Source: Phycisphaerae bacterium
GTDB lineage: Bacteria; Planctomycetota; Phycisphaerae; UBA1845; Fen-1342
Assembly: GCA_963675745.2 (NCBI GenBank)
Contig: CAXXWX010000001.1
Location: forward strand, 1-64,000
Reading direction: 5' to 3'
DNA: 64,000 nt
Of the stretch, positions 20,148-28,509 are shown one piece after another. The position numbers and the translations under genes are program-made. Under the pieces are notes generated by a model. That model had not been told where the DNA came from. It made no database searches and was given only the letters and a program-made list of their open reading frames with translations. Each line of letters starts with the position of its first letter. Within the stretch, counting starts at the first letter, position 1.

Positions 20148-21089
20148 CTACTGGGAGGAGAGCAATCCAACGAACGCGTCAATGTCGCCGTTGTTGACGA
20201 ATCCGTCGCCGTTAATGTCGCCGAGCATTATGTCGCAATCCGGATACTCAACGGGGTACTGCTCGGGATAGGACAGCGCGAAGACAAACGCGTCGATATC
20301 GCCGTTGTTGACCCAGCCGTCACAGTTAACGTCACCCACCGCGAAGGCGGTCGGGTTGGCGAGATTGAGCGTGCTCGTCGTCTCGACGTATATGTCGTCG
20401 AAGTAGATCGGCCCGAAACCGCTGCTGCCGCCGGACGTCTTGATGTAGAAGGTCAGTAGTGCGCTGGCGCTGCCGGTGCGAAACTCAAACGTATCACCCT
20501 CGTCGGCGGCGGCCAGCTTGTCTTCCGCGGTCGCGCCCGCGCGCGGCACGTCGCTTAGCCAGATTTCGCAGTAATTGCCGGCGGTGTCCACACGGACCCA
20601 CACGTTGTACCACGTGTCGGGCGTAAGCTGGAGGAGTGTCTCGTAGTTGTCGCCATCGTCGTCCCAGACGCGCAGGTCGAGGTTCGGCGCGCTGTTGGCC
20701 ATGCCGATCTCGGGGGCGAAGTCGCTGTACTCGCTGGGGAAGGAAGATGGTGACAGGCCCACCGAGAACGTCTGCTTGTTGGCCACGCGCATGCGGAAGA
20801 ACAGCATGCGGCTGGTGCTGTCCGGACAATCGAGCCCCTCCGTCGCCAATGCCTTGCGCAACACCGATGATTCGGACGGCACGTACAGGCACTGATTGAG
20901 CGCGTCAGCGGGATCCACCACCACGGCGTTGTTGCCCCCACTGGACATCCAATCATCCTGCCCCCCGATTGGACCCAGGATTTCGTCCGAGAGGTCGTCA
21001 AACAGCACATATTCCGCGTGCGTCGTTCCAACCAGGGCGACGAGTGCCAATACGAGGGCTGCTGTGCGGCGTAAAGTCACGGCGTGCAT
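20148..21089 (-). CDS. Secreted beta-sandwich (LamG/concanavalin-like) protein with C-terminal dockerin-like tail
   Basis: GGAGGA RBS, signal peptide ending THA, DTWYNVWVRVD and IYFDDI strands, two NNGDID repeats. Confidence 0.8.
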   Translation of the reverse strand: MHAVTLRRTAALVLALVALVGTTHAEYVLFDDLSDEILGPIGGQDDWMSSGGNNAVVVDPADALNQCLYVPSESSVLRKALATEGLDCPDSTSRMLFFRMRVANKQTFSVGLSPSSFPSEYSDFAPEIGMANSAPNLDLRVWDDDGDNYETLLQLTPDTWYNVWVRVDTAGNYCEIWLSDVPRAGATAEDKLAAADEGDTFEFRTGSASALLTFYIKTSGGSSGFGPIYFDDIYVETTSTLNLANPTAFAVGDVNCDGWVNNGDIDAFVFALSYPEQYPVEYPDCDIMLGDINGDGFVNNGDIDAFVGLLSSQ

Positions 21090-21400
21090 CTTCGGTCCTC
21101 CATGAAAGCGGCGATCCACTGCTGAGCCCCCGTACATACTCCGGTGTGAAAGCTGCGCTGCAACACTTCCCCGTGTGCGCCGCCCGGCCACGTCGCCGAG
21201 CATCCGCACGGCGATAATATCCGATCGCCACTGTCGCATTCAACCAAATTACGCGGCAACCGCGTACGGTGTGGAAAGCGAGCGGCGGGCTATACCCTGC
21301 CGGGCGCAACGTCGTTGGCGCATGGCGCGGCAGCACGTCCATTGGTTGACTGGCCACGCACTTGCCGGCGCGCGGGACCGCAACCGTGCCGCGTCGCCGG

Positions 21401-22417
21401 CTACTGGCTGAGCAACGCGACGAACGCGTCTATGTCGCCGTTGTTGATCGACCCGTCACCGTTCATGTCGGCCAGCTCAATCGCGCAACCGGGGGACGAC
21501 GCCACGTAAACGGCCGGGTTTGTGAGCGCCATCACGAACGGATCAACATCACCGTTGTTCAGAAAGCCATCACAGTTCAGGTCGCCGCGTTGATAGCTCC
21601 GGACGATCAAGTCCGGCGCGGGGTTGTCCAGGCCGGCGCCGGCCACGCTGCCGGCGACCGGCGAATTGAGGCCGAACGCGACAGTCCCCCACAGATCGTT
21701 CCAGGGGTCGCCGACGCGCGTGATCAGGTTGTCGCTGATGCCCATGTTGACGGTCGCCGGGCCGGACACTTCGATGTCAATGCGACCGAGGAGATAAGTG
21801 CCGCACCAGGTCTGGGCGACATCATCGAGGTACGCGCCGGCCAGCGGATCGCCCCACTCTCCCGGATACTCGACATCGCCCCAGCGCGGCATAAGGCCCA
21901 GGTAATTGATCCAGGGTTGGGCGGCCGGATTACTCCCCTCCAGCGTGCCCTCGGCCGACATCGGGATGCGCCAGCATGGCGGCCCGTAGTACTCATTCGG
22001 GTCGTAGCCGTCTGACCAGCGATATTTCTGGAAGCAGTCCCACTGACACTTGGCGCAGTCGAGGCCCATGTTCTGGTTGTACAACTCGCCGTCCACAATC
22101 GCGGCGTCGCCGGTGATGGCGAAATCGAGCCCCATCCCCTCCCACACCTTTTCGTCATACAAATCGATGTTAGCCCAGATGTACACGCTGAAAACCGCCG
22201 GCGCGCCGGCTATGTATGAAATGTCCGGCACGCCGGGGCTGAGTGCCGGAACGGGAACCTGGTTGGAATGTCCGCAGAAATTGGGGTCGGCGTAGACGTC
22301 GATTCCGTAATCGTCCAACCCGAAGAAGATATCGATATCACCGACCGTTGAGTCATCGGCAAGCGCAACGGAACAGAGCAGAGTGGTCGCGGCGATAATC
22401 GGCAGATGCCTGTACAT
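21401..22417 (-). CDS. Secreted hypothetical protein with C-terminal dockerin-like tail
   Basis: Signal peptide ending ALA; GDLNCDGFLNNGDVDPFV...DMNGDGSINNGDIDAFV. Confidence 0.8.
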   Translation of the reverse strand: MYRHLPIIAATTLLCSVALADDSTVGDIDIFFGLDDYGIDVYADPNFCGHSNQVPVPALSPGVPDISYIAGAPAVFSVYIWANIDLYDEKVWEGMGLDFAITGDAAIVDGELYNQNMGLDCAKCQWDCFQKYRWSDGYDPNEYYGPPCWRIPMSAEGTLEGSNPAAQPWINYLGLMPRWGDVEYPGEWGDPLAGAYLDDVAQTWCGTYLLGRIDIEVSGPATVNMGISDNLITRVGDPWNDLWGTVAFGLNSPVAGSVAGAGLDNPAPDLIVRSYQRGDLNCDGFLNNGDVDPFVMALTNPAVYVASSPGCAIELADMNGDGSINNGDIDAFVALLSQ

Positions 22418-22681
22418 GGTAACTCCCCGTTGGGTTACGCAGATCACGGCTTGCGGACTTCATCCACAAACCAGCCACGCCCGGCGTGCTCGCTAAACAA
22501 ACCGCTCCATAAGCCAATTGTGCATCAGGGGGAAGCAATGTCAAGCGTTGTGCCGGTTGAGTCGGGACGAGTGAAGCCGGCAACAGGCTGCGGCGTTGGA
22601 CCAGCCACCGCAATTGGCCTAGAATGCCGCCTCATGTCGTCAATCTGGCACAGTTCCCGACCTGGACGAAAGAGAACATAC

Positions 22682-23851
22682 ATGGCACAAGCCACACGGG
22701 GGCTCGCGGTTTTCGCATTATTCGTCGTAGCAGGGCTGCCGTGTGGCTGTGAGCAGCCGGGCGGATTCCCGGCCCAGCCCCCGCCCGAAGTCACCGTCAG
22801 TCGTCCCGAAGTGCGGACCGTCACTGAATACGCCGAGTTCACGGGCACCACGGAGGCGGTCGAGTCGGTTGAGGTGCGGGCGCGCGTTGAGGGCTTCCTG
22901 GAGTCCGTGCACTTCGAGGCCGGCGCTACGGTGGAAGAGGGGGACTTGCTGTTCGTCATCGACTCCAAGCCATACCAGGCAAAGCTGGATCAGGCGGAGG
23001 CCGAGTTGGCGAGCCGGCAGGCGGAGCTGAAGCTGGCTGAACACGATCACAAGCGCGTCGAGCGTCTTTACAATGACGACACCGCCTCGGAATTCGAATG
23101 GGTCAAGGCGCGGTCGAGTTGGGAAGCGGCCAAGGCCATGGTTCAGGCAGCCGAGGCAGCCGTCGACGAAGCCCGGTTGAACCTGGGCTACACGCGAATA
23201 CTCGCGCCGATCAGCGGCCGCATCAGCCGCAAGCTGGTCGACGCCGGGAATCTTGTCGGCGCCGGTGAGTACACACTGTTGACGACCATAGTCAAAGACG
23301 ATCCGATCTACGCGTATTTCAGCGCCAGTGAACGAACTCTGCTCCAATACCTGGAGAAGCACCCCGAGAAACGCCGGCCCACGGAGCCACAGGAACCCGA
23401 GCCGCTCTACCTGGGGCTATCGAATGAAGAGGGCTTTCCGCACGAGGGTTGGATCAATTGGGCGGACAACCGTGTCGATGCCAGTACGGGGACCATTCCA
23501 ATCCGCGGGGTCTTCCTGAACCCCGATCACGTGCTTTTGCCGGGTCTGTTTGTTCGACTGCGCGCGCCTGTCGACGAACGTGAAGGCGCCTTGTTGATCA
23601 CGGACCGCGCGGTCGGCGCCGATCAGGGTGGCCAGTACCTGCTGGTGGTCGACGATCAGAACATGGTCGAAAAGCGCCATGTGGAAATCGGCTCGCTGCT
23701 GGATGGAATGCGGGTCATCGAGAAGGGGCTCGCTCCCGAAGACTGGGTTGTCACCAAGGGTGTGCAACGCGCCCGCGAGGGCATGAAAGTCAACGCCGCC
23801 CGTTCCGAGTCGCCGACATCGGCGGCATCGGCCGAGCCCGGGCCATCCTAG
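22682..23851 (+). CDS. RND efflux periplasmic adaptor (MFP) subunit
   Basis: Lipobox-like CGC, VEVRARVEGFL, LGYTRILAPISGRI, DNRVDASTGT, LLPGLFVR. Confidence 0.93.
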   Translation: MAQATRGLAVFALFVVAGLPCGCEQPGGFPAQPPPEVTVSRPEVRTVTEYAEFTGTTEAVESVEVRARVEGFLESVHFEAGATVEEGDLLFVIDSKPYQAKLDQAEAELASRQAELKLAEHDHKRVERLYNDDTASEFEWVKARSSWEAAKAMVQAAEAAVDEARLNLGYTRILAPISGRISRKLVDAGNLVGAGEYTLLTTIVKDDPIYAYFSASERTLLQYLEKHPEKRRPTEPQEPEPLYLGLSNEEGFPHEGWINWADNRVDASTGTIPIRGVFLNPDHVLLPGLFVRLRAPVDEREGALLITDRAVGADQGGQYLLVVDDQNMVEKRHVEIGSLLDGMRVIEKGLAPEDWVVTKGVQRAREGMKVNAARSESPTSAASAEPGPS

Positions 23852-23881
23852 ACGCAGCTTCCGCCGTGAGTGAGTCCGCGC

Positions 23882-26800
23882 ATGTTCAGCCGCTTCTTTA
23901 TTGATCGTCCGGTGTTTGCCTCCGTCGTCGCGATCCTGATCGTGATCGCGGGCGGCGTCGCCGTGTTTACGCTACCGATCACGCAGTACCCCGAGATAGC
24001 GCCTCCCACCGTGCAGGTGACGGCCGCCTACCCCGGCGCCAATGCGCTGGTCGTCTCGGAAACGGTCGCCCACCCGATTGAAGAGCAGGTCAACGGCGTC
24101 GAGGGCATGTTGTACATGTCAAGCACCTGTTCGAACGACGGCTCCTATGCGCTCACGGTCACGTTTGAGGTCGGCACCGATCTGGACATGGCGTCGGTGC
24201 TGGTGCAGAACCGCGTGGCTGTCGCCGAGCCGATGCTTCCCGAGGAGGCAAAGCGGCTGGGCGTCACGACCAAGAAGCAGTCCACCGACATCGTGTTGTT
24301 TGCGTGCCTGATTGCACCGGACGGCCGTTACGACGATCTGTACCTGAGCAATTATTCAACACTGCGGATCAGGGACGAGTTGGCCCGGCTCGAAGGCGTT
24401 GGCGATGTATTCACCTTTGGCACGGGTGACTACAGCATGCGCATCTGGCTCGATCCGGAGAAGCTCAAATCGCGAAACCTGACCACAAACGATGTGGTCG
24501 CCGCGCTGCGGGAGCAAAACGTGCAGGTAGCGGCGGGCCAGATCGGCCAGCCGCCGGCGCCGCCGGGGCAGGACTTCCAATATACGGTCAGCACGCTGGG
24601 GCGGCTCGCCGACGTCGCGCAGTTTGAAGACGTCATCATCAAGACCGGCGCGGGCGGACGCCTCACGCGCGTGCGGGACGTGGCCCGCGTCGAGCTGGGC
24701 TCGCGAAGCTACGATGTGTCCGGCCAGTTTGACGGCCAACCGAGTGCCGCGCTGGGCATCTTCCAGCTTCCCGGCGCAAACGCGCTGGACGTATCCAACC
24801 GGGTGCGCGCCAAGATGGAGGAGTTGAGCGCCGCGTTTCCCGCCGGCATTGAGTATGCCATCCCGTTCGATGCGACGAAGTTCGTCCGGGCATCAATCCA
24901 CGATGTTGTCGAAACGCTTTTCATCGCGGTGGCGCTCGTGTTCGTTACGCTGTTCGTCTTCCTCCAGGATTGGCGGGCAACACTGATCCCGGCCGTTACC
25001 ATCCCCGTCTCGCTGATTGGCACGTTTCTCGTCATGGCGGCGCTGGGTTTCTCGATCAACATGCTCACACTCTTCGGGCTGGTGCTGGCGATCGGCATCG
25101 TCGTGGACGACGCGATTATCGTCGTCGAAAACGCCGCGCGCCACATCGACGAGTCCGGCTTGAAGCCCAGAGAGTCGGCCATCCTGGCCATGAGCGAGGT
25201 CACCGGGCCGATCATAGCCACCACGCTGGTGCTGTTGGCGGTCTTTGTTCCCACCGCCTTCCTGGGCGGCGTCACCGGCCAGCTCTATCGACAGTTCGCC
25301 CTCACGATCGCCACGGCCACGGCATTCAGCGCGCTCAATGCGCTGACACTCAGCCCGGCGCTGTGTGCAATCGTGCTGCGTCCGACCCCCACCAGACGCA
25401 ACTTCTTTTTCCGCGCGTTCAACTGGACCTTCAATAAGAGTTCGCGGCTATATCAAGGCGTCGTCGGCGGGTTGATACGCAGAACGGCGATCATAATGTT
25501 CGTCTTCGTGGTCCTGACCGGACTCGCCGGCTGGGGTTACGTGTCGCTACCCACGAGCTTCCTGCCTGATGAAGACCAGGGCTATGCTCTGGTGAGCGCC
25601 CAACTGCCTGACGCGGCTTCGAGACAGCGAACACTCGAGGTCGTTGACCAGGTAAACGAAATCATCGCCCAGACGCCCGGCGTGGAGCACTGGGTCTCCG
25701 CCCCAGGATTCGCGCTGCTCGACGGGGCCACGTCGTCAAACGCAGCCACGTTCTGGGTCGTCTTCGATCCGTGGGAACAACGCGCCGAACCAAACCTGAG
25801 CGCGCAAGCGCTCGTCGCCCGCCTGTGGCAAGAGTTCTACTGCATCCAGGATGCGAACTTATTCGCCTTTGTGCCACCCTCCATCAGAGGCCTGGGCCAC
25901 GCCGGTGGTTTCCAGATGCAGCTCCAGGATCGCGGCGGCGTGGGCTCGGATGTCCTTCAGCGAATGGCCGGCGAGCTGGCACTGGAGGCCAACGGCCAGC
26001 CGATCCTGACAAGAGTGTACTCAACCTTCAGGGCCAATGTGCCGCAGTTGTTCGCGGAGGTCGATCGGATCAAGGCCAAGACGCTCGACATCCCGCTTTC
26101 CTCGGTATTCAACACACTCCAGACCTATCTCGGCTCGACCTACGTCAATGACTTCAACAAGTTCGGCCGCACCTACCAGGTCAAGGTTCAGGCCGAGCCC
26201 CGCTTCCGTGCCAGACCGGACGACATCAAGCAGCTCGACGTGCGCAACAACCGCGGCGAGATGATCCCACTGGGCACGCTGGTCAGCGTAAAGGAAACGC
26301 TGGGGGCACAGTTCATCACGCGGTTCAATGGGTACCCCTCGGCGTCGATCAACGGCGCCGCGGCGCCAGGCCGCAGTTCGGGTGAGGCGCTGAGCACGAT
26401 GGAGCGGATAGCAGCCGGTAAGCTGCCCGCAACGATGGGCTACGAGTGGACCGGGATGTCCTACCAGGAGAAAGCAACCGGCGGCCAGGCGCCGTTCATA
26501 TTCGCGCTCGCGGTCGTGTTCGTATACCTTGTGCTGTGCGCCCAGTACGAAAGCTGGATGATCCCGATAGCCGTCATCCTGGCCGTGCCGCTGGCCCTGC
26601 TCGGCACAGTCATCGCCGTGGCGCTGCGCGGCATGGACAATAACATCTATACGCAAATCGGTATCGTGTTGCTTGTTGCGCTGGCCAGCAAAAGCGCAAT
26701 CCTGATCGTCGAGTTCGCCAAGTCGATTCACGAACAGGGCAAGAGCCGCGTCGAGGCCGCGATCGAGGCCGCCCGGCTACGCTTCCGCCCGATCCTGATG

Positions 26801-26998
26801 ACGGCGTTCACGTTCATTCTCGGAGTTTTGCCGCTGGTGATTGCCACCGGCGCCGGCGCTGCCAGTCGCCAGGCGGTCGGCACGGCGGTGTTCGGCGGGA
26901 TGATCGCCGCCACCGTACTTGCCATCTTGTTCGTGCCCGTGTTCTATGTGGTCGTCCAGTGGCTCCGCGGATCGCGAAGTGGCAGCGATAGGTCCTGA
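23882..26998 (+). CDS. RND efflux permease, HAE1 (AcrB/MexF-like) family
   Basis: MFSRFFIDRPVFA, QYPEIAPP, AIGIVVDDAIIVVEN, RFRPILMT. Confidence 0.96.
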   Translation: MFSRFFIDRPVFASVVAILIVIAGGVAVFTLPITQYPEIAPPTVQVTAAYPGANALVVSETVAHPIEEQVNGVEGMLYMSSTCSNDGSYALTVTFEVGTDLDMASVLVQNRVAVAEPMLPEEAKRLGVTTKKQSTDIVLFACLIAPDGRYDDLYLSNYSTLRIRDELARLEGVGDVFTFGTGDYSMRIWLDPEKLKSRNLTTNDVVAALREQNVQVAAGQIGQPPAPPGQDFQYTVSTLGRLADVAQFEDVIIKTGAGGRLTRVRDVARVELGSRSYDVSGQFDGQPSAALGIFQLPGANALDVSNRVRAKMEELSAAFPAGIEYAIPFDATKFVRASIHDVVETLFIAVALVFVTLFVFLQDWRATLIPAVTIPVSLIGTFLVMAALGFSINMLTLFGLVLAIGIVVDDAIIVVENAARHIDESGLKPRESAILAMSEVTGPIIATTLVLLAVFVPTAFLGGVTGQLYRQFALTIATATAFSALNALTLSPALCAIVLRPTPTRRNFFFRAFNWTFNKSSRLYQGVVGGLIRRTAIIMFVFVVLTGLAGWGYVSLPTSFLPDEDQGYALVSAQLPDAASRQRTLEVVDQVNEIIAQTPGVEHWVSAPGFALLDGATSSNAATFWVVFDPWEQRAEPNLSAQALVARLWQEFYCIQDANLFAFVPPSIRGLGHAGGFQMQLQDRGGVGSDVLQRMAGELALEANGQPILTRVYSTFRANVPQLFAEVDRIKAKTLDIPLSSVFNTLQTYLGSTYVNDFNKFGRTYQVKVQAEPRFRARPDDIKQLDVRNNRGEMIPLGTLVSVKETLGAQFITRFNGYPSASINGAAAPGRSSGEALSTMERIAAGKLPATMGYEWTGMSYQEKATGGQAPFIFALAVVFVYLVLCAQYESWMIPIAVILAVPLALLGTVIAVALRGMDNNIYTQIGIVLLVALASKSAILIVEFAKSIHEQGKSRVEAAIEAARLRFRPILMTAFTFILGVLPLVIATGAGAASRQAVGTAVFGGMIAATVLAILFVPVFYVVVQWLRGSRSGSDRS

Positions 26999-27073
26999 GT
27001 CGGCTGGCACCAGCAAACACTATTAGTACCGTATTTCTACCATTGGCCAGAACTCGCGAAGTAGCCGTATTCG

Positions 27074-27102
27074 TTGACCCACGGCCTCGATTCCGCTATC
27101 TT
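27074..27102 (+). promoter_or_regulatory. Putative sigma70 promoter upstream of the Omp28-like/cytochrome/hydrogenase gene run
   Basis: TTGACC-N17-TATCTT in a locally AT-richer intergenic segment. Confidence 0.55.
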
Positions 27103-27339
27103 GAATCGTAATTATTGACGTTAGCGCAGTTTGCGTGGCGGGAGGAAGCAGCACCCACGCCAGACTGGTTAGATGCGCGCCGCGCAGCAGCGTACCTCGT
27201 CTGAAGGGCGCGCTGCGATCGCGGATGATAGCTACGAAAGCTCGACGGCAGGCGCACGTTCGTGCGAAGTCAGCGGTCGGGTCGGTAGTAGTTCTGGCAA
27301 AACGGGTCTTCTCAAAACCTAATACAAAGGAGAGTGCTC

Positions 27340-28314
27340 ATGAGTACACCCACGGGTACATGCGCGTGCGGTTGTAAAGTGGCCATGGCGGCAGCATTGG
27401 CGGTGGCCGTGTTAGGCACACTGGCCGCAAGCGCGGCCGACCGAAGTGCCGTGCTCTGCGAGGAGTTCACGCGGACCAACTGTGGTTACTGCCCTTATGC
27501 CGCTGTGGCCATCGACTGGCTCACCGACGAGTATCCCGACAGCTTCATCCCCGTTGAATACCACACCGCCTCCTACCTGCCGGAGTATGTGCCGTACTGC
27601 ACCACGCGGGCGAACTTCTATGGCGTCACCGGCACGCCGACGGCGTGGTTTGACGGCAAGACCGAACTAGTTGGCGCGTACACGGACAACACGCAGCAGT
27701 ACAACTGGTACAAGGGCGCGTACCTGAGTCGCATGGGCATCCGGACCCCGCTGACAATCGAGCTCACGGTTGTACGCACCAGCGACACCGAGCTCGAGGC
27801 CACCGCCGTCGTCACGATGGAACCGGACACCGTCGGCAAATACCTGCGCACACATATCGCGCGCGTGCTCGATTATTGGCCGACGCCCGGCTACAACGAG
27901 CGCAACACCTTCCGCGATATGGCCGCGGTCGACGAGTATCCGCTGGATCCCAACGAAACCCGCACCACGATCAGGACATTCGACTACAGCGGCGACGCCG
28001 CCAGTGTGGCGAATCCCGACAACATCAAGATCATCGCCTGGGTCCAGAATCTCGGCAATCCGCCATCGGCCGATGTCTATAACGCCGCCCAGGCGGTTGG
28101 CCCGTTTGAAGGTGAGACTTGGGATCTGGGCGACATGAACTGCGATGGACTGATCAACAACGGCGACATCGACCCGTTCGTACTCTCCATCACTCAGCCC
28201 GGACAATACCCGGTTGACTACCCCGACTGCGACATCATGAACGGCGATATGAACGATGATGGTTTTGTTAACAACGGCGACATCGACCCGTTTGTCACAC
28301 TGCTCGGGAGCTGA
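27340..28314 (+). CDS. Secreted Omp28-like thioredoxin-fold (CxxC) protein with C-terminal dockerin-like tail
   Basis: AAGGAG RBS; LCEEFTRTNCGYCP, EYH, RANFYGVTGTPTAWFDG (cis-Pro motif), NIKIIAWVQ; NNGDID x2. Confidence 0.85.
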   Translation: MSTPTGTCACGCKVAMAAALAVAVLGTLAASAADRSAVLCEEFTRTNCGYCPYAAVAIDWLTDEYPDSFIPVEYHTASYLPEYVPYCTTRANFYGVTGTPTAWFDGKTELVGAYTDNTQQYNWYKGAYLSRMGIRTPLTIELTVVRTSDTELEATAVVTMEPDTVGKYLRTHIARVLDYWPTPGYNERNTFRDMAAVDEYPLDPNETRTTIRTFDYSGDAASVANPDNIKIIAWVQNLGNPPSADVYNAAQAVGPFEGETWDLGDMNCDGLINNGDIDPFVLSITQPGQYPVDYPDCDIMNGDMNDDGFVNNGDIDPFVTLLGS

Positions 28315-28509
28315 TGCGGCGATACGCGGTTGAAGATGATCATTCGATCGGGCGGCGTCTTCGGCGATGGAGGTGCCGCCCGACCGCGTTTTGGCCGACA
28401 GGCGCGGCTCAACGTGGAAGCCACGTACGGTCTGAGCCGATTATCCTCATGAAAGCGCCGGCACATGCCCACATCGGCACCGTCGGCGGGCGCTAGCGAG
28501 GTGCTTGAG

